Notes under the pieces: generated by a model
What the model was told of the DNA's origin: nothing
Database searches by the model: none
The model's input: the letters and a program-made list of their open reading frames with translations, nothing else
NCBI RefSeq assembly: GCF_000372725.1
Contig: NW_005202427.1
Span: forward strand, 186,001 to 250,000
DNA from: Emiliania huxleyi CCMP1516
Lineage: Eukaryota
Reading direction: 5' to 3'
Length of the DNA: 64,000 nucleotides
Translations under genes and position numbers: made by a program
Shown: in pieces, positions 43,211-55,196 of the stretch
How the letters are laid out: every line of letters begins with the position of its first letter
How positions within the stretch are numbered: position 1 is the stretch's first letter

Positions 43211-44000
43211 GCACACTTCAACTGGGCATGTTGTGCGAGTATATGGGACACGATGTCTCAAATATGAGGGGTTTTGACTACTACCGGCTCCTGACGCTAT
43301 CCCTGGCAGCTCTAATGACCAGGATCAGTAGTGCTATGATAGAGGGTGCCCATACTAGCGAAGGAGCTGCCACACTCGCCCGGAACGTCCCCTTCTGGGG
43401 CCGGTTCTGCAGCCCGCGAGAGCCGACAGCGGGGCCGTGCCGCGGGTGCCTACTGCCGAGTGCCACAAACACTGCGCCGTCCCGCCATCACCTACAGGCT
43501 GTCTTGTGTGATGGTTGGGATGTCCAAACGCCACCATCTTGGCTCTTGCGACCTCAAACCCTCGAGCTGTATGGGTGGTCCTGACGTCGACAGACGCCCG
43601 ATGACCACGGTGAAGCTGAGCCGGAACGAGTCGACAAGTCTCGTCTGAGCCCGTGGCGGTCGCCGGCTGAGTCGCTGTGCACGGGCCGGTACCTCAGGCG
43701 TCACCTCCGCAGCCTCAGGTCTCACACTCCATCACCTCCGCCAGGACGCCGTCGGTGGCACGCTCGGCGGCGACTTTGTGGCAGCCCCACAGCGAGCGCG
43801 GCGTCGAGCCTAATCGGTCTGGTCGGTCGGCCGCACTCACTGGGTGCCAGGGAGTGCGGCCGACACTCGAGCGGTGCTTCCTGGCAGCGCGCGCCGGCTG
43901 TGGGGCTGCCACAAACTCGAGACACGCTTTTTTGGGACATTTTCGACGCTTTTGTCCCATATACTCGCACAACATGCCACTGGCCAGTTGAGAGTTGTGC
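43211..44000. mobile_element. Foldback element with outer and inner inverted repeats
   Basis: Perfect 26-bp IR at 43225-43250 / 43953-43978 that extends imperfectly outward, plus a perfect 19-bp IR at 43775-43793 / 43897-43915. No TSD identified. Confidence 0.6.
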
Positions 44001-44280
44001 AGTTCGTTCGGTTAGTGATAGTGTTATTGAGTTTTGTCTCATAGATCGGGGAAGCCCGTAAAATAGTCAAAGTTTAATCATCGACGCTCCGCCAAGGAGG
44101 ACGCTCCACACAGCACACGAGGCGCCATCACGCGCGGCCGCCGCCCGGCCGCTCTCTCTCTCCACGCGCCATTAGTACCCAAGACAAACGCCACACTCCC
44201 CCGGCGTGCGGCGCGCCCGGCGTGTGGCGCCTCGTGCCCGGCGGCGTCCAGATTGGCGGAGGGGGTTGAGGGGGGGCGCC

Positions 44281-45577
44281 TCACAGCATGCGCCGGATGA
44301 GCTCGTTCACGTACTCCTCCCGGTTGCCGGCGTCGCCGCCCTCGACAAAGTGGTTGCGGATGCGTGAGAAGCCGCCGACGGGGCAGTTCATCTTGAAGGG
44401 CCAGAGGAACTTGGTGCACTCCTTGAAGTGCGGGCCCACGGTGTAGAGCTCGTGCACGAGGTCCTCAATGCAAATGATCTTGCCCTTGGTCTTCTCGCCG
44501 AGCGCCTTCTCGATGATCTCGTTGTCGGTGATGGGCACGCGCTGGCCGTTCACCTGCAGCGGGGGGAGCGGGGAGGCCGCGTGAGGCGTGGCGGTCGGGC
44601 GGGGAGGACCAGTCGGCCGCGCGTGCACCGCGGGCAGGGGCAAGAGGCCCGGGACGGGCCGAGCGAGCGAGTAGTGGAGGGGGAAGGGGGAGGGGGGGGG
44701 GGGAGGGGTTGGGCGGGAGAGGGGGGGGGGGGGGTTGGGCGGGAAGAAGGGGAAAGGGTGCCTTGGCGTGTCCGCGCTTGTAGACGAGCTCCTTGACGGT
44801 CTTCAGGTTGGGGTAGCCGTACATGATGTACGGGTCCACCTTGACCAGCATGTTCATCGTCGCCTTGTTGACCTTCATGAAGACGCCGTTGTTGATCTGC
44901 AGCAACCGCAGGACCTGCATGATCTTGCGCGTCTTGGGGTGCATCCCGTTGATACCGCGCAGCCGCATCACAAAGAGCAGCTTGTGCTCCTGAGGTGGGC
45001 GAGGCAGCGCGCCGGGGTCGGCGTTTGAAGCTCGTCGGCAAGCGGCGCGGGAGCCGACCGACAGGCTGCTGCCGGTCCCCCTCTCCGCCCTGCGCTGGCG
45101 CTGCCGGCAATCGCTGCGCCCCGCCTCAGCAGCGGCAGCCACGCCGCCGGAGGGTGGGTCGCCCGGCTACACCCCGAGCGGGGCCGTATGCACACAGTGC
45201 ACGGTGTCGCGCGCGCGCGCGGTCTGCTGGGCGCGGCTGGCGGCGCGGACCGGCTCAACGTAGAACGTGCCAGCCTTCCGGGCGGCGCGCTTCATCGTGA
45301 CGAGCTGCTGCTCGGCAGAGCGGTACTCAGCGACGTACGCCTCGGCCCGCTTGAAGATGTCCTTGCGCTTGGCGGCAGCCTTGGTCTCAGCAGCAGAGGT
45401 GGCGGCCGCCTTGTCAGCGGCCCACTTCTCCTGGCGCTTGCGCTTCTTGAGCACACTCTCGGGGACGGCCACCTGGCGCGGCGCGGGCGCAGGCCTCAGA
45501 GGGCCGTTCGCCTTCGCGAGGGGAACGCCTAGGGCGCGTGGCGGAGTTGACTGCAGGGCGCGCGAGCCACACACCAT
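44281..45577 (-). CDS. RPL7: 60S ribosomal protein L7 (uL30), four exons
   Basis: [13 protein letters not shown]...[12 protein letters not shown]...[24 protein letters not shown]...[17 protein letters not shown]|...[10 protein letters not shown]...FLWPFK...GGDAGNRE. The third intron (44554-44761) is GC-AG. Confidence 0.97.
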
Positions 45578-46510
45578 GCTGCTCTTGCTCAGAGCCTGCG
45601 CGTGGGCGAACCAAAAGAAACGCGGATGGCGTTTCTTTTTCAACCGCGCGTACCGAGACGCGGCGGTTCCTGCTGTAAATTCCGAATTGTTAAAGAACGG
45701 ATTACTCTGCCTGAACTATCTCTGAATCTCGCCGCGCACTGGCCACGCACGCGCTGGACAGGTGGACACTCGTCTCACTCGAACTTAAAAGCGGTCCCTT
45801 CTCTGGCCGTCCCGTTTTGATCTCTCGGTCAGTGGGGGGCCGAGCCGCCTCGGGGTGGCGGGCGGGCGGGCGTTTTGAAAACCAGAAAACAGAAAACAAG
45901 AGGGCCATGGCCAAACGCGCAGCGAGGGAGACTCTCTCTCTCTCCCTCTGTGACAGCTCGGCTACGCCTTACTCGAGTAGCCCCGAGGACGCACGTAGAC
46001 TTGCACGTGACAAGGAGCTTGTAATGAAAGCGAGCGGCGACTTGATCCTACCCACGGAACGTCGCCGCATAGCATTTTATCTCCTGCGTTCGCATATCAC
46101 CACACTCCCTAGCTCAACTGTCGACCCTGTTAACCGCGCACACAACGGGGTGCGGGTGGCATTAGCGGCAGCGCGAAGTAGGGTCTGGGCCGAGTCTGCA
46201 TGATACGAGATACGTGAAGACGGACGTAATACGTAGGACAGAGCGCCCTCGTGCGGGCCGCCCTCGAATGCATGAACACGGAAGGAGTAATACGTAGGAC
46301 ATAGGAATCCTAGCCATCCCCAGCGGGGGCTTCGGCGCTCGGTACTATCAATACGCGAACGTATATAGTGCCATTCGCCGTTTTGAACCCAACGTGGGAC
46401 GGACGCCTTTATACCCCCCCCCGCAACCGGTGTCTTGCGTGGTAAAAGATGATTCGCCAAAAGCGCCACCGCACCCGGTGTGGGCTGAGACCGCGGGTCG
46501 CTCCGCACCG

Positions 46511-46958
46511 ACTCTCGGGGACGGCCACCTGGCGCGGCGCGGGCGCAGGCCTCAGAGGGCCGTTCGCCTTCGCGAGGGGAACGCCTAGGGCGCGTGGCGG
46601 AGTTGACTGCAGGGCGCGCGAGCCACACACCATGCTGCTCTTGCTCAGAGCCTGCGCGTGGGCGAACCAAAAGAAACGCGGATGGCGTTTCTTTTTCAAC
46701 CGCGTACCGAGACGCGGCGGTTCCTGCTGTAAATTCCGAATTGTTAAAGAACGGATTACTCTATCTGAACTATCTCTGAATCTCGCCGCGCACTGGCCAC
46801 GCACGCGCTGGACAGGTGGACACTCGTCTCACTCGAACTTAAAAGCGGTCCCTTCTCTGGCCGTCCCGTTTTGATCTCTCGGTCAGTGGGGGGCCGAGCC
46901 GCCTCGGGGTGGCGGGCGGGCGGGCGTTTTGAAAACCAGAAAACAGAAAACAAGAGGG
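46511..46958 (-). pseudogene. Duplicated 5' fragment of RPL7 (upstream region, ATG exon, intron 1, start of exon 2)
   Basis: Nearly identical to 45455-45904, differing by a 2-bp indel and 2 substitutions seen. Confidence 0.9.
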
Positions 46959-47255
46959 GGCCCGGGAGCCCTCCCCCACTGGGAGTAGAAAATACGCCCA
47001 AGGGGGCCAAGGAGGCGGCGCGGGGAAGCATAGAGGTGAGAGCAGGAAGGATGGCGCTCAGGGTCGGCTTTGAACAAGGGTTTCCAGGTTTTAGATCAGT
47101 ATTGGTGTCGGCACACATCCCCACATGAGGTGAGCGGCGCGCAGTGCCTCTCTCGCAGGCTGATTTTGGTTTTCAGACTAGGGGGCCCGACCCCCTCAGA
47201 GGCGGCGGGCGGGCGCCCACTGACCGTGGGAGAGATCAAAACGGGAGACGCGGCC
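46859..47255. mobile_element. Small element with long (about 95-bp) imperfect TIRs, Mutator-like
   Basis: GGCCGTCCCGTTTTGATCTCTCGGTCAGTGGG...GAAAACCA is inverted to TGGTTTTC...CCCACTGACCGTGGGAGAGATCAAAACGGGAGACGCGGCC. The TSD is not clean. Confidence 0.55.
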
Positions 47256-47377
47256 TCTGTCTCTCGTAAGAGACGTAACTCAGTATACTCACGAACGAGT
47301 CACGACGCCTCTCCACGCGGGTCCGGCAGGCAGCAAGGCAGCTCGACACGGTCGCTTTCGCATAAGAGTAGAGTCTA

Positions 47378-47720
47378 AATTTTTTTTAGATATTCTTATC
47401 TTTTTGCCCCCCTCCGAGACTGGAGACACCCACACCCCAGTATCAGACCAGGGGGACTGCCCCCCTCCCCCGCTTGCCCTGCCTGCGCAGGATAGCGTGC
47501 CCCGATAACGGCGACACCGTTAGCGAGGGTCACTGCGCAAGGAGAGGGTGCGAAGCCTTTTCTTTTTCTTTTGTCCTCTTCGGGGAATCGGTTCTCTCGG
47601 CGCCCATGGCCTTCTGAGGTTTCGTACTAATGACGTCCTTCTTGGCACTTCGTCGGGCGTCGGTGTGTCTAATTCCCCCCCGCGCCCCGGTATGCCTATA
47701 TAGGTTTCCCGAACAGAGAC
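47378..47720 (-). mobile_element. SINE-like or retroposed insertion with 17-bp TSD and A-rich tail
   Basis: CATAAGAGTAGAGTCTA occurs at 47361-47377 and 47721-47737. T8 at 47380-47387 (poly-A on the minus strand) lies next to the TSD. Confidence 0.75.
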
Positions 47721-47905
47721 CATAAGAGTAGAGTCTAGAGTAAGAGAGGTGAGACGGGACGTTTGCGCGTTGGGCTTCATAAACCTTCACATCTTTGAGG
47801 ACCGCCCGTCGCCAACACGCACTAACCACCACCTGCCTCGCACGACGGACTGTGCCCACGTTCTCCGACCGCTCCCCCACCGCCAACCGACCCTCTGGCT
47901 TGTAG

Positions 47906-49833
47906 CTAGTCCAAATCTCTCATGAGACCCGCAAAGGCGTCCGCCGCCGCGTCGCCAACCGAGGAGGCGGTCGCAACCTCTTCCTCCGACGCCGCCGCCT
48001 CCCCGCCAGCCTCTTCCTCCGACGTCCCCTCCCCGCCAGCCTCCCCCTCGCCTTGCTGCGACTCCTGCTGTCGCATGAAGGCCACCACGAAGCTGAGGGG
48101 CAGCAGCAACTCGCGCTGCGTGCCATCGGAGCTCTGCACGTTGACGCGCACGACGCGGTCGTCGTCGTCGTCGTCGTCTTCATCCTCCTCCTCGTCGTCG
48201 TCACCGCCGCTGGCCGCCTCCGCGTGCCGTGCTCCGCTAGCGCCGGCGGGCGCGGCCCGGGGCGCCCCCTCCCACGCGGCGCCGGGGTCGGCGGCTGGGT
48301 CTCCGTCGGCGGGCGGCTCGGCGAGGAGCAGCACGTCGAGCTTCGGGCACGGCCGGATGCCAAAGTAGCCCATCTGGACGCCGCCGGCGATGACGCCGCA
48401 GCTCATGGCGGCGGCGGGCGTGTTGGCGAGCGAGGACGGGCGGTTGCGCGGGGTGAGCCTCGACCAGCGCAGCGAGCGCAAGTCGAGCAGCAGGTGGAGC
48501 TCCCGCGTCGGGAGAGGGACGCCTCCGTGCCCAGAGTAGACGACGAGGCGCTGGCCGTACACGCCGACCGCGAACCGCATGCGCGGCACCGGCGTCCACC
48601 GCACGGGCGGCTCGCTTCCGGAAGAGCCGCCCGCGCCCTGCTCGTCGAGGTCCGCCGGGCCGTGCCACTCGAACGTGGTGAGGCAGAGGACGCGAGGCTC
48701 AAAGTCGTCGCACGGGCCCGACGAGAAGGGCTGCACGTGCTCGTCCGACCCGCCGAGGACGACGAGCGCGTCGCGGCGCGTCGCGGCGTCGGCGCGGAAG
48801 ACGGCGGCCGAGTGGAGCGAGCGCCAGCTGGGCGCAGAGCCGCTCGTGCCGACGCGAGCCCAGCTGCGGGTGGGGAGGTCGAGGACGTACACGTGCCTGC
48901 CACGCGCCGACGGGGTCGGGCGGGGGGGAGGCGCGGCGAGGGGAGGGGGTGGCGGGGAGGGCGCCTCGCGTGCTGCCGGTGGGCGATGTGCTCAAACTCG
49001 GGGTCGTCGGGAGGCACGTCGCCGCCAAACACGACGGCGCGGGTGCCGCCGGCAAAGCTGCCCGCCTGGTGGTGCCACATGCCGCCGCCCGGCGCCTGGC
49101 CCGCCGCCTCCGTCTCGTGCCACTTGACGAGCGAGCCGTCCGGCGCAGCCACCTCGAGCAGGAGGAGCCGCCGGATCCCGCCGGGGATGGGCGCGCCGCG
49201 AGGCAGGTCCGGCATCCCCTCCGGCGGCGGGCCGCCGTCCGCAGCGCCGCCCAGGACGAGGACGAGGGGGGCGGGGCGCTGGCCGGCCGGCAGCGGGAGC
49301 CACGCCGGTCGAGCGACGGAACAGGCGGCGTGGCGCATGCGGCGGGCGGGCGTGGCAGAGCCAGCGGCGAGGCTGGGGTGGCGCAACCGCCGGCGGGAGA
49401 GGTCGACGAGGGCGGTCTGGAGGACCGGCTCCGAGCAGTCGGGTCGCCAGCCGCCGACGAGCGCCACGAAGCCTCCGGCGCCGGTGGACGTGTGCCCGGT
49501 GGCGGCCAGAGCCGCCTCCAGCTGCTCGGAGTCGCCGATCATCTCGGAGCGGAGCTTGTTGGCATACACAAACTCGTCGCCGCGGGAGGCGGCGCGGTAG
49601 AGGCGTCGAAAGAAGCGCGGGTCCGCGCCGGAGCAGCCCCACGCGGTGAGGTGCAGGTCGACGAGCGGCGCCCCGAGCAGCTCGAGGCAGAGCGTGCGCC
49701 AGAGGAGCCGCGAGGAGCGGAGGGCGTCGTACAGTGTGCGGCATGACGCGGTGAGGCTGAGGATGGATCGGGGCTCGCGCAGCGTCAGGGCGACGCACTC
49801 GCTGCACTCGGGAGGGAGGGCGTCGAGCGACAT
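47906..49833 (-). CDS. F-box and kelch-repeat protein with acidic C-terminus
   Basis: F-box-like MSLDALPPEC...ILSLTASCRTL...LWRTLC. Kelch motifs TGHTS...LVGG, RMRHAAC...VLGG, WHHQA...VFGG, RSLHSAAV...VLGG and PRMRFA...VYSG. One intron near 48895-48965. Confidence 0.8.
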
Positions 49834-49837
49834 GCGG

Positions 49838-49909
49838 CGATCGACGAGAGGGCGATCGACGAGAGGGCGATCGACGAGAGGGCGATCGACGAGAGGGATC
49901 GACGAGAGG
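49838..49909. repeat. 15-bp tandem repeat (CGATCGACGAGAGGG)n directly upstream of the F-box gene start
   Basis: About 4-5 units visible. Confidence 0.85.
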
Positions 49910-50233
49910 GTAGTGCACGAGTGCACGAGACGGATGCGACCAGGCGGCCACAGAAGTTGGAAGGCAGCGAAACTTCGCCGCATTTCTTATTTCACCGCCA
50001 GTATTTCTTCCGGCCGGACTGCGGGGTCGGCGCTTCACACAAAAGCACAACCCCGGCCCGAAATAGCACAGTGACAGTCGCAAGACTGGGTTCAGAGAAT
50101 TCGTGAGCACGGCTGCACGGGCTCACTCCACACTCGTTTTTTGGAAGCGAAATTATTGAAACTGTCCCCTACGTACGACGAGGGCGACGACGCCTTCGAC
50201 GACTTAAGTAAGAAGAAAACCCTTTCGCACACG

Positions 50234-52388
50234 ATGCTGCCGCCCCGCCAGCTCGTCGCCTCCATCGCTCGATGGTTGCCGCCGCGACGCGCCATGGCCA
50301 TCCTGCCGCAGCGGCCGCAGTTCTCCGCCACCGATCTGAGGCGCGAGGAGCAGCTGCAGCGGCGCATCCTGCGGGCGGAGAGAGCGACGCAGCTGCGGCT
50401 CGAGTCCCTCAGCGCTCCGCCGAAGTTCAGCCAGCTGAAGAGCACCGACGAGGTGCTCGGCGCCTACGAGGCCAAGCGGCCGGTGCTCAAGCCGGCGGAC
50501 ACCGTCGCCGCCTTCTACGCGCTCGGCCAGCTCACGCGCATGCCGGCGCACCTCGCCGGCGAGGCGCGGGTGGCGCGCGACCCGCGCTTCGGCGCGCTGC
50601 GCTCGGACGTGCTCGCCTCGCTGCCGCAGCTCAACGCGCGGCAGCTCTCCAACGCGCTGCAGGCCGCGGCGTACCTCCAGCTGCGCGACGCGACGCTCCT
50701 CGGCGAGCTGTGCTCGCACAGCGCCCGCCGCGCAGAGACGTTCGCGCTGCGCGACGTTGTGTCGGGAGTGTACTCGCTCGGCCGGCTGCGGTGGCGCGAC
50801 GAGGCGCTCGCGCGGCCGCTGCTCGAGCGCGCCGAGGCGGACGTGCGCGGGCTGCACCCGATCGACCTCGCCAACCTGTGCGGCGGCCTGCTCGGGCTCG
50901 GGCTCGCGCCGCGCCGGCTGCTCGGTCTGCGCTAGATGGGAGCGCCAGATGGGCGGACTCGCGTCGAGGGCGCAGCCGGCCGGTTGGCCTCTGCCCACAC
51001 CTCGCACGGCGCGGCGGCCACCCGTCGACGCGTCACCGTCGAGCTCTCTCGTCGACGACTAACGAGTGATTCGTCGGCGGTTTCACTGTCGAGCTCTCTC
51101 CCGCGACAGGCGGCGTCGTCGACACGGCGGCGGCAAAGCTCGCCGACTTTGGGCCGGTGGAGCTGCCGTCGCTGCTCTCCTCGCTCGCCTCGCTCGGCGT
51201 GTCGGACGAGCGGCTGCTGCGCGCCTCGGCGAGCAAGCCACGCCGCCCGCCTCTCGACCCGTCCGAGATAGGGCCCCGAAACAGCTCTTGCGACATCCAG
51301 CGGCACTCTGCCCCGCAGGCGGACCGACTGCCCGACCTGCTCCCGGACATGAACGGGCGCGCGCTCGCCGAGTTCAGCGCCGCGCTCGCCGCCGCCGAGC
51401 TCTGGCTGCCCGTCGCGCTCGAGCAGATCAGCGACGAGGCTGCGGAGAAGCTCTCTTTCCTGCGCGTCGCCGACTCGCTCGTCCTCCTCGCCGCACTCGC
51501 GCAGCTCCGGTGCGGGATTAATTAATTCATAATATAATAATAATAGTAATAAATAGTCCTCCTCGCCGCACTCGCGCAGCTCCGGTGCGGGATTAATTAA
51601 TTCATAATATAATAATAATAGTAATAAATAGTCCTCCTCGCCGCACTCGCGCAGCTCCGGTGCGGGATTAATTAATAATTAATTAAGAATAAGCAGCTCC
51701 GGTGCGGGATCAGCCAGCCGCGCTGTCCGCAACACGTCCACAACACGTCCACGACTCGCCCATAGGTGGGACCGGCCGCCCGCCACGCCGATGCTCGCTT
51801 CCCGCCTCGCCGAGTGCGCATCGCCCCCCCCGCCATCCCGCACCCCATGCCGGCGCCGTCCAGAGGGCGGCGGTGCCGTGCGCTGTAGGTTCGCGCCCAA
51901 GCTGACGGCGGTGCAGCTTGGCGTGGCGCTCCGGGCGCTCAGTCGGCTGCCTCTCGCGGCGGCTTGCGAGCGAGGTGCCGCCCAGCGGTCGCTGCTGCAG
52001 GCGCGCTCCTTGGACGGGGGACTCGCTTGACCCTCTGGCCCGCCCTCTGTTTGCCGGGGGGGAGGGGGGGGGCATGGCGGCCGCCACACGCAGGCAGCCT
52101 CTCACGCAGGCACCCCCCCGCCCCCCCCCCCCTTAGGCGGTTGCAACCGTCCGCTTACCGGGCGAGCGCTCGGCGCCGTTGGGCGCTGCCGACGCGGCGG
52201 CCCTCGCCGAGCTGTGCGGCGCGTTGCGGCACTTGCGCGCCGAGCCGCCGCCGCGGCTCGTCGCCCACCTCGCGGCTGTCCTGCCAGTGGCCTCGTCCGC
52301 TGCTGCAATGCGGACCCTCGAGAGGGACCACCGCCGCGCGCTCGCGAAGCTGGCAGATGCGAGCCGGGAGTGGGCTGGCGTGAGATAG
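50234..52388 (+). CDS. FAST-kinase/OPR-like helical repeat protein, likely organellar RNA-binding (multi-exon)
   Basis: Arg-rich presequence-like N-terminus. Repeats of about 37 aa: LNARQLSNALQAAAYL, FALRDVVSGVYSLGRL, LHPIDLANLCGGLLGLG, FGPVELPSLLSSLASLG, LTAVQLGVALRALSRL. Confidence 0.7.
51481..51710. repeat. 75-bp tandem repeat of an exon end, splice donor and AT-rich filler
   Basis: Units start at 51481, 51556 and 51631. A fourth GCAGCTCCGGTGCGGGAT lies at about 51693. Confidence 0.9.
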
Positions 52389-53860
52389 ATAGTGAACGCA
52401 AGGCCCTTGAGCAGCATGAGCGCTGAGGGAGGGCGGTGGTCACGCGTAAAACGAGTACGGAGTTGTGTAAATCACTCATCAAAATCACTGTGTGTATACG
52501 ACCGGGGGCAAAAAACGTCGGCGGCCAAGAAGCAAGAACCGTGTGTGCGGGTGTGCGGTGGAGTCCTGGAGAGTCTCGTGCTCAGTGACAGTGCTCTGCA
52601 CATGGAGAGACGACTCATTCAAACCGTTTCACGAATTGTCAAACCTCAAAGATAAAGGGGAAGGACCCTGAGTTCGACAGGGGTTGTGCGCCAAAGCCCT
52701 CCTGCTCGGCTCCAGCCCCTGTTGATAGGTCCAGGTGATAGTCCTGGATGGGCAATGCATACGCCTCACTGGGCCTCAGATCGCCCGACCGCGTCCCGGT
52801 GCTCTGCCGTCGGATTTGTGACTCCGCCGCACCGCGCCGCGGCCGGGGGCCCTCCGGAGGCCGAGGATGGCCGTGACGGACCGGGACGAGCTCTGGGAGG
52901 TGAAGTGTCAGTATATATATTGTAGAGACCAACCATGTCCACAATATCTTGACTGAGAGCTAAGCCTGGGAAGGCGATGCCGGGGCCGTACAGCAGCTTG
53001 ATGCATGCCACACCGAAGGCGCTGTCGAGGTACGTTCGCCGAGCGCGGCGAAATCGAGGGACACCGTCACCGACGAGCGCGTTGAAGTATTCACTCCGGA
53101 CAAAGACGGCTACACGCACACGAGCCGCGGGCGTGTAGCCGTCATAGCGGCGAGGCGCGGGACCGTCTGTGGCGAAGTGGGTCGCGTCCCTCGATTTCGT
53201 TCAACTCACGGTCCTTCCCCCGTACGGCTTTATACCTTTTCTCGCAGAGCTGCGAGACGAGCTTTCTCGGAGCGACAGCCTCAAAAAAAAAGGGTGGCTG
53301 GGTGGGGGGACGATAGCTGGTGAGCGCCAGCGCGCCCCAAGAACGGTGGGGTGCCCTCGACCGCGCGTCCAAGTCACTTGGGCGGACACGAGCGAGCGGC
53401 ACATGGCGAGAGCGGCACATGGCGGAGTCTGGCGACGAGATCGAAATCTGGTTGGCGACAAGTAAGCTCCTCTGAAAGGTGGGCACTTCAGAGGCAGAGC
53501 TGACGTCAGTCAGTGCGCGTCGCCAGTACCTTCTCTCTCTCCTCGTCGAACCCACCACCGTCCCCTTTCTCCTCCTATCTGTCTTGTGTGTGCCTGCTGG
53601 GGGAGCAGACGGCTTCGTCGCGAAGCTGCCCCCAGCAGGCGTCTTGACGGGTATCAAAATTCTTCCCTACAAAAGAGGCCAACGGACCCGAGAAGAGGAG
53701 TCTCAGTCTGCAGTCTCCGTACAGAGACTGGAGAATCACGGACATTGAATCAGAGAGCGAGAGTTCAGAGTACGAACACGATCTTCCTAATCCTATTGGC
53801 AGCCCGTAACGTAGTACTGACGAAACGGAAAACGCACAAGTTTGTGCGCGGCGATAACAC

Positions 53861-54978
53861 TCACGCCTCCAACTCCAGCAGCCGCTCGGACAACTTCGCG
53901 CGGGTCGGCGCTGGGGCCACATGCGTGCTGTTCTTCGGGGCTGCGCGGACGGTGCGGCGCCGTCCCTCGCGGTGCAGTGCAGCGAGGCCAGCGCACAAGA
54001 TGACGCCGCCTCCGATGCATGTCAGGCTATCAGGCCAAGCGCCGAAAAACGCTGCCTGCAGCAACGTCGCCCAGAGGAGGAGCGTGTATCGAAATGGCGC
54101 GCCAAAAGCAGCGTTCCCGCTGCGCATCATGACGACCGCCAGCACGTTGGCGGTGAGCAGGCTGCCGGCTGTCGCAACGAGGAGCCAAACCTCAAACGCC
54201 GAGGGCCTGACGTAGGCCTGCGAGGTCAAGGCCAGCCAGCCGAGGCTCCAAAGGAGGACACCCGTCGACGAGGAGAGCGCAACAGTGCTCGGGGCTAGTG
54301 CATCAGATAAGGTGCGCGAGAGCAGATCTCTCAGAGCGCCAGCAAAGGCCGCGGCGACGAGCCAGAGAGAAAAGGCGTTGAAGCCCTCGCAACCTGGGCG
54401 CGACGCGAGGCCGGGGCTCAAATTAGGGAAGTTTCCGAGGCGCCGCGGCTACCGAGGCCGTGGATGAGGAGGCCGGGGTTCAGCCGAGGTCTTGGTGGTC
54501 TCGCCGTGTCCTGCACACGCGCGCCTGGCCGGATAATGATGAGCGCGCCGATAAACCCGATAATGGAGAGGAGCCAATCAACAGGTCCAACGCGCTCTCC
54601 AAAAAAGACCGCGCCGCCGAGTACGATTATAAGAGGTGCAATCTGCAGGACGGCTGCCGCATTCGCCAAAGGTAGCTCGGCCAGCGAGATCAAAAAGCAA
54701 GTGGTGAGAGTGATGTCGCAACTGGTGCGTGCGAGGAGCGCCTTGGCGTCCCGCCTTGATAGCGTTGCAATCTCCCGGAGTGCTGACGGCCCTGCAATTG
54801 CAGCGGTCCCAAGTACCGTTAGGCCATTTCGAAACGCCAGCGTCTCTGGCACGGGAAGCCGCGCCATCACCATCTTGCAGGTCATGTCGTTAGAGGCGTA
54901 GAAGAGCATCGTCACGGAGGTGATGGCAGCCGCTTTGAGATTGGCTGTGTCAGGCGCTGGTGCTGCCGGCTGCTTCAT
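53861..54978 (-). CDS. DMT/EamA-family transporter, bacterial-like (two exons)
   Basis: LPLANAAAVLQIAPL...FFGERVG...IIIRPG|CEGF...LRDLLSR...APFRYTLLLWA...GAWPD...GGGVI. GC-AG intron 54394-54524 restores the frame. Confidence 0.85.
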
Positions 54979-55196
54979 CATAGCGGCAACGCGCTCTCTC
55001 TGCGGCGCGTGCGAACGAACGAACGTCGCAACACGGCAAGCGGCAAGATCGAAGTAGGGAAATTTCGCCCTTTCGCCTTTCCAACGAACACACCACGAGG
55101 ACTACGATCTACGTGATATCGTGAGAACACACCAGAAAATCGACGCAACCGGACCACATGAAGAGCACGGTGCGCCACTGCGCGCCCTCGGGTGCT

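Noticed and set aside
51481..51710. CRISPR-like repeat/spacer appearance
   Set aside because: The spacers are identical, the repeat is host exon sequence, the context is eukaryotic and no cas genes are present.
52640..53830. Possible gene or transposon remnant
   Set aside because: Only short ORFs, with no motifs or termini that I could support.
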